A DNA stretch of 62,989 nucleotides, the filler included. It is 6 parts of 6 records of this genome, joined end to end, with 100 filler letters (N's around TTAATTAATTAA, not from the genome) between each part and the next. Parts side by side here need not be neighbours in the genome. Positions count along the whole stretch, not along the records: positions 47,189 to 57,742 come from DRR723986_1812; positions 57,843 to 62,989 come from DRR723986_1854; 4 more parts are not named here. The stretch is one strand, 5' to 3'. The notes below the pieces were generated by a model. The model did not search any database, was not told the DNA's origin, and saw only the letters and a program-made list of their open reading frames with translations. This document shows positions 54,012 through 62,989 of the stretch, in pieces (positions within the stretch are counted from its first letter, which is position 1; each line of letters opens with the position of its first letter). The translations under genes and the position numbers were made by a program.

Positions 54012-54091
54012 CGTTCTTGCTCCACAATGGGTGCCATGCTCTGCCTCCCGTTTGAAACGCAGGCTAACATAGGTCAGCCTGCGATCAAGGA

Positions 54092-55432
54092 TCAGGCGAT
54101 ACCAGCGTAGATCTGCGCGATCTTCTCGACCGCCGCTTCCGGTGGCATCTCTTCGCTCTCGCCTGTGCGCCGGGAGGTCAGCTCAACCACACCGTTCTTG
54201 AGCCCGCGCGGCCCCACCGTGATCCGCCATGGCAGGCCCAGCAGATCCATCGTGGCAAACTTGCCCCCCGCCCGCTCGTTGCGATCATCATAAAGCGGAT
54301 CAAGACCCAAGGCCTTGAGCGAGGCATAGAGCGCATCACAAGCGGCGTCCGCTTCTTCATCGCCCTGCTTGAGGTTCACAATCCCCGCATGGAACGGTGT
54401 TACGCCTTCGGGCCAGATGATGCCCTTGTCATCATGGCTGGCCTCAATGATCGCGCCCAAAAGGCGGCTCACACCAATCCCGTGACTGCCCATATGCACC
54501 GGCACGGTCTTGCCATCCGGCCCCTGCACCTTGGCGCCCATGGCCTCGGAATACTTGGTCCCGAAATAGAAGATCTGCCCAACCTCAATGCCCCGCGCTG
54601 TGCGTTGGCGGTCCTTTGGCACATCGGCAAAGAGCGCCTCATCATGGGTCTCATCCGTGCGGGCATACTTGGAGGTAAACTCCTCCAACACAGCGGCACA
54701 CTGATCAACACTGTCATAATCGATCTCTCGATCACCAAAGGTCAGATCGGTCACCGCGCTGTCATAAAACACTTCGGACTCGCCGGTTTCGGCCAGCACA
54801 AGGAACTCATGGGTGTAATCACCGCCAATCGGCCCCCCATCTGCCCGCATCGGGATCGCCTGCAGGCCCATCCGCTCATAGGTCCGCAGATAGCTGACCA
54901 GATGACGGTTGTAAGCATGCAGCGCGTCTTCCTTGGTCAGGTCAAAGTTATAGCCGTCCTTCATGAAAAACTCTCGGCCCCGCATCACACCAAAACGCGG
55001 GCGGATCTCGTCACGGAATTTCCACTGAATGTGGTAAAGCGTCAAAGGCAGGTCTTTGTAAGACCCGACATGGCTGCGGAAAATATCGGTGATCAGCTCC
55101 TCATTGGTGGGGCCATACAGCATATCACGCCCATGCCGGTCCTTGATGCGCAGCATCTCTTCGCCATAGTCGTCATAGCGGCCGCTTTCGCGCCACAGAT
55201 CCGCCGATTGCAACGTCGGCATCAGCATCGGAATATGCCCCGCCCGCTGTTGCTCTTCATGCACGATATTCTCGATCTTGCGCAGCACCTTGAAACCAAG
55301 CGGCAACCAGGAATAAATTCCGGCACTCGCCTGCTTGATCATCCCCGCCCGCAACATCAAACGGTGGCTCACAATCTGCGCCTCAGAAGGGTTCTCTTTC
55401 AGCACAGGCAAAAAATAGCGGCTCAGACGCAT
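54092..55432 (-). CDS. proS: Proline--tRNA ligase
   Basis: [36 protein letters not shown]. Confidence 0.97.
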   Translation of the reverse strand: MRLSRYFLPVLKENPSEAQIVSHRLMLRAGMIKQASAGIYSWLPLGFKVLRKIENIVHEEQQRAGHIPMLMPTLQSADLWRESGRYDDYGEEMLRIKDRHGRDMLYGPTNEELITDIFRSHVGSYKDLPLTLYHIQWKFRDEIRPRFGVMRGREFFMKDGYNFDLTKEDALHAYNRHLVSYLRTYERMGLQAIPMRADGGPIGGDYTHEFLVLAETGESEVFYDSAVTDLTFGDREIDYDSVDQCAAVLEEFTSKYARTDETHDEALFADVPKDRQRTARGIEVGQIFYFGTKYSEAMGAKVQGPDGKTVPVHMGSHGIGVSRLLGAIIEASHDDKGIIWPEGVTPFHAGIVNLKQGDEEADAACDALYASLKALGLDPLYDDRNERAGGKFATMDLLGLPWRITVGPRGLKNGVVELTSRRTGESEEMPPEAAVEKIAQIYAGIA

Positions 55433-55515
55433 CACGCGCTCCTCGGCAAAGTCAAACTCCCTGCCTTGCCTAATTCAAACCCCGCGCAGGCACAATCACC
55501 ATCCCGGGCCCTACG

Positions 55516-55561
55516 CCTTTTTGGCTCTAAATACTCCGGGGGTTTGGGGGCAGCGCCCCCA
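55516..55561 (+). repeat. REP-like intergenic palindromic element
   Basis: TTGGCTCTAAATACTCCGGGGGTTTGGGGGCAGCGCCCCCA with a terminal GC hairpin. Confidence 0.5.
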
Positions 55562-55593
55562 TTCATCTCAAAATTCAAATGCGGCGCAGCCGC

Positions 55594-56838
55594 TCATTCT
55601 GATCCAGCGGCCAATTGCGCAAGCTCCAGCGCCACCTGCGTGGCCTGTGCCATATCCTGCACCGATATCCATTCCAGCGGCCCGTGGATCTCCTGCATAC
55701 CGGTGAAAATATTCGGGCATGGCACCCCCATCTCGGTCAGGCGCGATCCATCCGTACCGCCTCGGATCGGAACGGAGACCGGCTCAAGCCCCGCTTTGCG
55801 CACCGCCGCATGGGCCAAATGCACAGGCGTCATATCCTCCTCCAGCCAATAGCGCATGTTGCGGTATTGCGGGCTGATCTCGCAGGTGATCTCGGCGCGC
55901 GGCTCGGTCGCGGCAACTGTCTGGCAAATCTGGCGCAGCAGATCGCCCTTGGCCGCCAAGCCCTCCCGCTCAAAATCGCGCAGGATCAGCACAATTTCCG
56001 CTTCGGTCGAACCGCCATTCACCTCGGACACATGAATAAATCCTTCCGTGCCTTCGGTGGTGTCCGGCGTCATTGTGACCTGCGGCAAGGTCATAATGAT
56101 CTTGGACACCAGATGCAGTGCATTGACCATCTTGTCCTTGGCAAAACCGGGATGCGCAGACACCCCCGCAACCTTGATCACCGCCCCATCTGCGGAAAAG
56201 GTCTCAAACTCCACCTCGCCGGGCTTGCCGCCGTCAAAGGTATAGGCAAAATCTGCGCCCAGATCCGCGGGCAGCCTCGCATCCACGCCGCGCCCGATCT
56301 CTTCGTCGGGCGTAAAGGCCAGCCGGATCTTGCCGTGGGGGATCTGCGGATTGCCCAGCAGATGCCGCGCCGCCGTCATCGCAATTGCAACCCCGGCCTT
56401 GTCATCGCCGCCCAGCAGCGTTGTGCCGCTGGCAGTGATGATATCCTCGCCCATCTTCTCGCCAAGATAGGGTGAGTTCTCGGGCGACAACTTCAGCTCC
56501 GGCGCATCGACAAAGGTGATATCGCCACCATTGTAGCCGCGATGCACCACCGGTTTCACGCCGCTGGCATGAAACTGCGGCGCAGTGTCCACATGGGCCA
56601 GCCACCCCATCACCGGGGCATCCTTGGTGGTGGCCGGGATCGTCGCCAGCACAACACCATAATCCGTCAGGGCAACATCCTCAGCGCCCATGTCCAGCAG
56701 TTCCTCGACCAGCAACCGCGACATCTGCAACTGGATCTCGGTGCTGGGCGATGTGGGCGATGTCGCATCGCTTTGGCTGTCGATGGCGGCATAGCGGACC
56801 AGCCGCGTTTCGAGTTCGTCGTCAAATGCACTGCGCAT
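55594..56838 (-). CDS. pepT: Peptidase T (tripeptide aminopeptidase)
   Basis: AHVDT, GGDDKAG, FTPDEEIG, IRGGTDG. Confidence 0.93.
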   Translation of the reverse strand: MRSAFDDELETRLVRYAAIDSQSDATSPTSPSTEIQLQMSRLLVEELLDMGAEDVALTDYGVVLATIPATTKDAPVMGWLAHVDTAPQFHASGVKPVVHRGYNGGDITFVDAPELKLSPENSPYLGEKMGEDIITASGTTLLGGDDKAGVAIAMTAARHLLGNPQIPHGKIRLAFTPDEEIGRGVDARLPADLGADFAYTFDGGKPGEVEFETFSADGAVIKVAGVSAHPGFAKDKMVNALHLVSKIIMTLPQVTMTPDTTEGTEGFIHVSEVNGGSTEAEIVLILRDFEREGLAAKGDLLRQICQTVAATEPRAEITCEISPQYRNMRYWLEEDMTPVHLAHAAVRKAGLEPVSVPIRGGTDGSRLTEMGVPCPNIFTGMQEIHGPLEWISVQDMAQATQVALELAQLAAGSE

Positions 56839-56959
56839 CAATCTTCCTTTTCAGCTTTTGCTTGATAGAGCCGCCTCTTCAGGCCCGAAGTCAAGACAGG
56901 CAATCGCTTGACCGCCGCAAGGCAGAGATGCTCAGTGGTCCAACAATCAAGGATTGCCC

Positions 56960-57742
56960 ATGCAAAGCATCATCGAACCGGCCCGCGAAACGCCGATCAT
57001 TCACCAAACCGGCGTGCTGGTTGTCGGCTCCGGCCCTGGCGGGCTTGCCGCCGCGCTGGCTGCCGCGCGGGCGGGTGCAGAAGTTACGCTGCTGGACCGT
57101 TTCGGCTGTTTTGGTGGCAATATCACCGTGGTCGGGGTCGAAGGCTTTGCCTGGTACCGCCATGAGGCCACGGTTGAGGCGGGCGGCATCGGCTGGGAAT
57201 TTGAGGAACGCGCCAAGGCCATGGGCGCAGCCACGCCAGAATCGCAATCGCTGAGCTATGAGTTGGACAGCGAAGGCTTCAAGCTTGTTGCAGACCGGCT
57301 GGTTCAAGAGGCCGGTATTCATCCCATGCTGCACCGCCAGTTTGTCGCCCCGATCATGCAAGGGGACCGGATCACCGGGGTAATTGTCGAATCCAAGGCA
57401 GGACGCGAAGCGATTTTGGCCAAGGTGGTGATAGATGCCACCGGCGACGCAGACGTCGCACAACGGGCGGGCGCGCCCACACGAAAAACCCCGATCGAAG
57501 AGATGCAGGCCGCCTCGGTGATGTTCCATATCGCGGGCGTGGACAAACAGGCCTTCATGGCCGGAGTGCAGAGCGATCCGCAAACCTACAAGGATTGGTC
57601 CTCGGGCGAATGGCAGGTCGAAACCGACGGCAAGGAAGACGACATGTTCTCGCCCTTCCTTGGAAAACCCTTTGAACGCGCGATCAAGGACGGATTGATC
57701 CCGCCGCATCTGAACACCATCGGCGGCACATGGGGCGCGGTC
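56960..57742 (+). CDS. FAD-dependent oxidoreductase, 3'-truncated
   Basis: VVGSGPGG, IDATGDAD. Confidence 0.88.
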
Positions 57743-57842
57743 NNNNNNNNNNNNNNNNNNNNNNNNNNNNNNNNNNNNNNNNNNNNTTAATTAATTAANN
57801 NNNNNNNNNNNNNNNNNNNNNNNNNNNNNNNNNNNNNNNNNN
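57743..57842. other. Artificial contig spacer
   Basis: N run with TTAATTAATTAA. Confidence 0.98.
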
Positions 57843-57911
57843 CGGGGCCGAGGCCAGCCAGAACGGGTTGGGCGATGTGATGCCTACGAAATTTGATGTC
57901 AGGTCTGCCAT
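57843..57911 (-). CDS. preA: Dihydropyrimidine dehydrogenase subunit PreA, N-terminus only
   Basis: MADLTSNFVGITSPNPFWLASAP immediately after preT. Confidence 0.85.
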
Positions 57912-57914
57912 GTC

Positions 57915-59243
57915 TCAGCCCTCTGCCGTCAGGGTTGCGTGGATATCTTCTGCCGCGTCGCGCCCCTGCGCCACGGCGGTCACTGTCAGATCGTCGCCGC
58001 CAGTGGCGCAATCGCCCCCGGCCCAAACGCTTGCGATGCTGGTGCGCCCGGCGCCAACAGTGGCAATTTTGCCTTTGTCAGTGTCGGGCAGGCCGGTGCC
58101 TGCCAATGTTTGACCGATGGCCTTGAACACCTGATCTGCGGCCAGGCGGAACGTATCGCCTGTGGGGGTCAGCGTATCGTCGGTATAGGCGAATTCGATC
58201 TCGCGCACGGCCCCGTTGCCCAGCACCTGCACGGGCGTGGCATTGGTGATGATGCGCACCCCCTTTGAGGCGGCCAGATCTTGCTCGAACGGGCTGGCAT
58301 TCATCCGCGCCCGGCCCCTGCGATAGACCAGCGTGACATTCAGCGCGCCCAGCAGCTTGGCCTGAACGGCGGCGTCAATTGCGGTCATGCCGCCGCCAAT
58401 CACCACAACGTCGCGGCCAATGGGCAGTGTGGCCATATCGCTGGCCTGGCGCAGATCGGCGATAAAATCGACCGCATCCAGCACGCCTTGTTTATCGTCG
58501 CCATCGGCGCCCAAGGCGTTTACCCCGCCCAGGCCGATGCCCAAAAACACCGCGTCATACTGCGCCTGCAGCTGGGCCAGGGTGATATCGCGGCCCAGGG
58601 CCTGCCCGGTTTGCACGCTGATGCCGCCAATGCCCAACAGCCAGTTTACCTCGGCCTGGGCGAAATCATCGGTCGATTTATAGCTGGCAATCCCATATTC
58701 GTTTAAGCCCCCCGCCTTTGGGCGGGCATCAAAAACCACCACATCGTGGCCCTTCATGGCCAGCCGATGGGCGCATGCCAACCCTGCCGGACCGGCCCCG
58801 ACAACGGCAATGCGCCGCCCTGTCGGGGCCGCCCGGGAGAAAGGGTGCCCGGCCTTGGCCTGTAAAACATCGGTTGCATGGCGCTGCAGCTGGCCAATGC
58901 GCACCGGCTTGCCCTCGGCGGTTTCGCGCACGCAGGCCTGTTCGCACAACGTCTCAGTGGGGCACACCCGGGCGCACATGCCGCCCAAAATATTTTGCGA
59001 CAAAATCGTTTTGGCGGCCGCTTCGGGCGTGCCAGTGGCGATTTGGCGGATGAACAGCGGAATATCGATGGCCGTGGGGCAGGCAGTGACACAGGGTGCA
59101 TCGTGGCAGAAATAACACCGATCAGCGGCCACCTGCGCCTCGTGCTGGCCCATGGGCGGGTGCAGATCGGCAAAGTTTTGCTGCAAGTCGTCACTGCGCA
59201 AACGCCCGGCGGCGATACCCGGTGTCAGGGCATTAGCAGACAT
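57915..59243 (-). CDS. preT: Dihydropyrimidine dehydrogenase subunit PreT
   Basis: RCYFCHDAPC..ACP, CARVCP, GAGPAG, GGGMTAID. Confidence 0.9.
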   Translation of the reverse strand: MSANALTPGIAAGRLRSDDLQQNFADLHPPMGQHEAQVAADRCYFCHDAPCVTACPTAIDIPLFIRQIATGTPEAAAKTILSQNILGGMCARVCPTETLCEQACVRETAEGKPVRIGQLQRHATDVLQAKAGHPFSRAAPTGRRIAVVGAGPAGLACAHRLAMKGHDVVVFDARPKAGGLNEYGIASYKSTDDFAQAEVNWLLGIGGISVQTGQALGRDITLAQLQAQYDAVFLGIGLGGVNALGADGDDKQGVLDAVDFIADLRQASDMATLPIGRDVVVIGGGMTAIDAAVQAKLLGALNVTLVYRRGRARMNASPFEQDLAASKGVRIITNATPVQVLGNGAVREIEFAYTDDTLTPTGDTFRLAADQVFKAIGQTLAGTGLPDTDKGKIATVGAGRTSIASVWAGGDCATGGDDLTVTAVAQGRDAAEDIHATLTAEG

Positions 59244-59295
59244 GGGACCATCCTTTGTTAGGTTTCGTTGATCTCAGGATGCCACGAATCAAAAT

Positions 59296-59311
59296 TTTAT
59301 CAATCGGTAAA
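59296..59311. promoter_or_regulatory. RutR/PydR-like operator
   Basis: Imperfect palindrome TTTATCAATCGGTAAA upstream of preT. Confidence 0.55.
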
Positions 59312-59410
59312 ATTATGAATCGCAAAAGGCGCTTGTAAAACATTGCAAATTTGGGTGCTTGCCGGCATATTTTGCTGAAAAAAGGGGCAATTCAGCCATG
59401 TCAAAGCGCC

Positions 59411-60181
59411 ATGTCTAGCCGGTTTCGCCACCCAGAAATCTTGGCAATTGCCCGCAGCGAGGGCAAAGTTGTGGTCGAGGATCTGGCCCAGCGCTTTGGC
59501 GTCACGCTGCAAACCATCCGCCGCGATCTGGCCGATTTGGCCGATGCAGGCCAGCTGGCGCGCGTGCATGGCGGGGCGGTTTTACCCTCGGGCGTGGCCA
59601 ATATTGGCTATGCCGACCGCCAACAGATGCATGCCGCGGCGAAAGAGGCCATTGGCCGTGCCTGTGCGGCCGAAATTCCCGATGCCTGCTCGTTGTTTTT
59701 AACCATTGGCACCACGACCGAGGCCGTGGCCCGCGCGCTGCTGGCCCATCGTGATTTGTTGGTTGTGACCAATAACCTGAATATTGCCAATATCCTGGTG
59801 GCCAATCCGCAGATCGAGGTTGTGGTGGCCGGTGGCACGTTGCGCCGCACCGATGGTGGGTTGGTTGGCCCCACCGCGGTGCGCCTGATCGAGCAATTCA
59901 AGGTGGATCTGGCGGTTATGGGCTGTTCGGCGCTGGACCAAGACGGCGATATGCTGGATTTCGACAGCGCCGAAGTGGCGGTAAGCCAAACCATCATCGC
60001 GCAAGCCCGCCAAAGGGTGCTGGTGGCCGATCACAGCAAAATTGGCCGCAAGGCACCGATACGGGTGGCGCCGCTGTCGCAGATGGCAAAGCTATATACC
60101 GAGGCGCCATTGCCCGCCCCGTTGGCTGCAAAATGCGCCGCCTGGGGCACGCAAATTGTGGTGGCGCCGCCTTTGGCCTAG
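59411..60181 (+). CDS. DeoR/GlpR family regulator
   Basis: VTLQTIRRDL, RVHGGA, IGTTT, ADHSK. Confidence 0.92.
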   Translation: MSSRFRHPEILAIARSEGKVVVEDLAQRFGVTLQTIRRDLADLADAGQLARVHGGAVLPSGVANIGYADRQQMHAAAKEAIGRACAAEIPDACSLFLTIGTTTEAVARALLAHRDLLVVTNNLNIANILVANPQIEVVVAGGTLRRTDGGLVGPTAVRLIEQFKVDLAVMGCSALDQDGDMLDFDSAEVAVSQTIIAQARQRVLVADHSKIGRKAPIRVAPLSQMAKLYTEAPLPAPLAAKCAAWGTQIVVAPPLA

Positions 60182-60211
60182 CTGGGGGCCTAGCTGGGGC
60201 CTAGGCGCGGT

Positions 60212-61480
60212 TTAGGCGCGGCGCAACACCGCCATGTAAAACCCATCCATCCCGCCCAGATCGGGCCAATAATCGGGGCGCAGGCGCAACCCGCCTTCTT
60301 GGGTTTTCCATTCCGGGGCAATGCCGGGCAGATCTAGCGCTGCGGTATCGGTGCGCAGGCCCGGGTGGCGGGCCAGCGCCTCGTCAATCTGGCATTCGCC
60401 CTCGTCTGGCAGCAGTGAACAGGTGCAAAACACCAGCCGCCCACCCGGCGCAAGCAGGCAAAGCGCATGATCCAGCATATCGGCCTGCAAGGCGATCAAG
60501 GCCCCAAAGCCGCTGCCATCCTTCGCAAAGGGCAGGTCTGGATGGCGGCGAATGGTGCCTGTGGCCGAACAAGGCGCATCCAGCAAAATCGCGTCATATT
60601 GGCCCTGATGGGTCAAGGCATCGCCTGTCACGACCTGCGCATGCAGGCCGGTGCGCGCCAGGTTTTCCTGCACGCGCTGCAGGCGGCTGGCGGAAATATC
60701 CAGCGCGGTCACATCGGCACCAGTGGCGGCCATTTGCAGCGTTTTCCCGCCCGGTGCTGCGCACATATCCAAAACCCGCTCGCCGGGCTGTGGGCGCAGC
60801 AATTGTGCGGGCAGGGCGGCGGCTGTGTCTTGCACCCACCACGCGCCTTGCTCAAAGCCTGGCAATTCAGACACTTGCACGCCCTGTTGCAGGCGAATGC
60901 TGCCAGTGGGCAACAGCTGCCCCCCCAGGGTTTCGGCCCAGCTGGCGGCATCGGCCTTGGCGGTGATGTCAAGCGGCGCCCCGGTGAGGTGGGCCGTTTC
61001 TATTGCGGCTATGGCCGGTGCCCCCCAGGCCTGCGCCAGCGGTTTGCGCAGCCATTTGGGCAGGCGAGGCGCCCGCAGCAGGGCCCATTCCTGCGGGCCG
61101 GTTTCCGCCACTTTGCGCAACACAGCGTTCACCAGACCCTTTAGGTGCTGGCCGGTTTTGTGGCGCGCGATAATGCCCACGCATTCATTAACCACGCCAT
61201 GGGCATCGCCCCCGGTGCAAATTTCGGTGGCGCCAAGGCGCAACACATTCATCACCGCCAAAGGCGGCGGTTTGCGCAGGTGGTGGGCCAATACCCTGTC
61301 GGCGCGTTCCAGCTGGCGCAGGGTTTGGGTGGCCAGGCGCTGGGCGCGGGCACGTTCGGGGGCGGGCAGCCTTTGCAAGGCGGGGGCGGATAGCAGCTCG
61401 GCCATCAGGCGCTGTTCGCCCAGCACTTGGTTCAGCAGAAAAACGGCGCTGCTGCGCGCGCTATGTGGGGGGTGTGACAT
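60212..61480 (-). CDS. rsmB: RsmB/NOP RNA m5C methyltransferase
   Basis: NusB-like N-terminus, DMCAAPGGKT, LDAPCSATG, FCTCS. Confidence 0.9.
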   Translation of the reverse strand: MSHPPHSARSSAVFLLNQVLGEQRLMAELLSAPALQRLPAPERARAQRLATQTLRQLERADRVLAHHLRKPPPLAVMNVLRLGATEICTGGDAHGVVNECVGIIARHKTGQHLKGLVNAVLRKVAETGPQEWALLRAPRLPKWLRKPLAQAWGAPAIAAIETAHLTGAPLDITAKADAASWAETLGGQLLPTGSIRLQQGVQVSELPGFEQGAWWVQDTAAALPAQLLRPQPGERVLDMCAAPGGKTLQMAATGADVTALDISASRLQRVQENLARTGLHAQVVTGDALTHQGQYDAILLDAPCSATGTIRRHPDLPFAKDGSGFGALIALQADMLDHALCLLAPGGRLVFCTCSLLPDEGECQIDEALARHPGLRTDTAALDLPGIAPEWKTQEGGLRLRPDYWPDLGGMDGFYMAVLRRA

Positions 61481-61544
61481 GGTTCGCCTTGCCTGTGTGG
61501 GTTTGGGGCGTATATCAGGCCCGTGAAGTGGAAGGAAGAACGCC

Positions 61545-61763
61545 ATGACAAATGCGCCCGATGACACGCCCATCACAGATGCCACCGCGACCGAGGCTGC
61601 GCTGCCACCCGCCGCCCGCCGTGCCCTGGCCGAAGCCGAAGAACGGCGCCGCCAAGCCGCACTTGCGGCAAAAGAGGCGCCCAAAGAATACGGTGGCCGC
61701 GACGGGCTGGACCCGGCCCGCTATGGCGATTGGGAGAAAAAAGGCATCGCCATCGATTTCTAG
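61545..61763 (+). CDS. DUF1674 (SDHAF4-like) protein
   Basis: GGRDGLDPARYGDWEKKGIAIDF. Confidence 0.9.
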   Translation: MTNAPDDTPITDATATEAALPPAARRALAEAEERRRQAALAAKEAPKEYGGRDGLDPARYGDWEKKGIAIDF

Positions 61764-61775
61764 GGCAGGCAGGCC

Positions 61776-62579
61776 CTAAAGATAGGCGATAGCCAGCAAA
61801 ACAACGCCCAGCACCACGCGGTAAATCACATAGGGTGTAAAGCTGACGCTGCGCAACAGCCGCATCATCAGCGACAGGGCCAGCAGCGCCGCGACAAAGG
61901 CAAACCCCGCGGCGATGGCGCTATCGCGCAGCAATTGGCTGTTGGCTTGGCCCACCACATCCAGTGCCAGCAGGCTACCGCTGGCCATAATGGTGGGAAT
62001 AGACATCAGCATCGACAGCTTTGCCGCGTCGTGGCGGCCATAGCCCAGCATACGCCCCGCGGTAATGGTAATGCCCGAACGCGACACGCCGGGTATCAGC
62101 GCCACCGCCTGCCATAGACCCATTTTCACCGCATCTGGCAGCGACCAATCTGCCGCCTTCCGGGTGCTGGGGCCTTTTTGATCGGCCCAATAGAGCAGCA
62201 GGCCAAATAGCAGCATGGTCCAGCCTATCACCGCAACACTGCGCATGGCCTCGCTGAGGCCTGTCAGTTTCAGCACCAGCCCAACGGCAATGGCCGGCAG
62301 CGTGGCGATCAGCAGCAAAAACGCCAACCGCGCGCCGGGTGTGTCGATGCGCCCCGTCACCATGCGCGGCACACCGGCCAGGCCCATGCGCACATCGGCC
62401 CAGAAATAGAGAATCACCGCCAGCAGCGTGCCCACATGAACAGCCACATCAATGGCCAGCCCCTGGTCGGCCATGCCGGTCAGGCTGGGCAGTAAAACCA
62501 GATGACCAGAGGATGATATGGGCAGAAATTCTGTCAGCCCTTGGATGACGGCAACAATCAGCAGGTGGAAAATGGTCAT
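61776..62579 (-). CDS. uppP: Undecaprenyl-diphosphatase
   Basis: QGLTEFLPISSSGH, PGVSRSG. Confidence 0.95.
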   Translation of the reverse strand: MTIFHLLIVAVIQGLTEFLPISSSGHLVLLPSLTGMADQGLAIDVAVHVGTLLAVILYFWADVRMGLAGVPRMVTGRIDTPGARLAFLLLIATLPAIAVGLVLKLTGLSEAMRSVAVIGWTMLLFGLLLYWADQKGPSTRKAADWSLPDAVKMGLWQAVALIPGVSRSGITITAGRMLGYGRHDAAKLSMLMSIPTIMASGSLLALDVVGQANSQLLRDSAIAAGFAFVAALLALSLMMRLLRSVSFTPYVIYRVVLGVVLLAIAYL

Positions 62580-62797
62580 GCAAGGGCGTCCTATATTGGG
62601 GATATTGCTAAACCCTTTGTAAAAAAAGCGAAAGAGCGCATATAGGTCCGCATCGGACATAAAACCTGGGGAAACTGTGCGTGCGCACTGTTGGATGGCT
62701 GAAAAAATGTGAAATTAGGTCAGTATTAGTTACTTTTCATTCCTGAAAGACTGGAATATAGCTGCGCGCAACTGAACCCTAAGCGGAGGCTAGCACC

Positions 62798-62989
62798 ATG
62801 GCCAAGCAACCGATGTTGAAATTTGTCACCGTGCCGCGCGATATGCCGGAAAAGCGTGCCGCCCAGGCGCGCCGCGAGGATTTCAATGAAATCTATGCGG
62901 AATATGCAGCTGAAAAAGCCAAAGAGCAGGCCAGCCGCTGCAGCCAATGTGGTGTGCCTTATTGCCAATCGCATTGCCCGCTGCACAAC
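62798..62989 (+). CDS. gltD: Glutamate synthase small subunit, 3'-truncated
   Basis: MAKQPMLKFV..DFNEIY..QASRCSQCGVPYCQSHCPLHN; GGAGG RBS. Confidence 0.9.
   Translation, partial: MAKQPMLKFVTVPRDMPEKRAAQARREDFNEIYAEYAAEKAKEQASRCSQCGVPYCQSHCPLHN

Noticed and set aside
57915-62989. preT and gltD as a duplicated glutamate synthase
   Set aside because: They are homologous families, but the first is followed by preA and is therefore the dihydropyrimidine dehydrogenase subunit.

Overview
This window is a concatenation of six unrelated contigs joined by 100-nt N spacers that carry the six-frame stop linker TTAATTAATTAA. The spacers lie at 7035-7134, 16967-17066, 30705-30804, 47089-47188 and 57743-57842, so synteny across them is meaningless. 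Contig 1 (very GC-rich, Rhodobacteraceae-like) has an RND permease end, the opgGIHC periplasmic glucan operon and ugpB with a Pho box. Contig 2 (lower GC, Marinobacter-like gammaproteobacterium) is an accessory stretch: YHS protein, AraC regulator, small secreted peptide, PNPOx-like protein, Nudix hydrolase, small proteins, orphan ccoG, MocR regulator, ICMT, mqo and bkdA. Contig 3 (Hyphomonas-like) has katG, lptD-surA-pdxA-rsmA, ruvX-AEC-pyrB-pyrC'-plsY with a dprA relic, and gatC/gatA split by a SET-domain gene. Contigs 4-6 are Rhodobacteraceae housekeeping regions (RND pump, der, chpT, olsBA, ctaA, gyrA; parE, lolCD, proS, pepT; preTA, rsmB, uppP, gltD). The most unusual signal is in contig 2: five 17-bp palindromes (RTGCCR-N5-TGGCRY) with an exact 29-bp period and unrelated 12-bp spacers. 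They surround a sigma70-like promoter directly upstream of an orphan 101-aa winged-HTH-like gene. No rRNA, tRNA, CRISPR-Cas or transposase was seen. Taxonomy and family calls come from motif recognition, not database searches.
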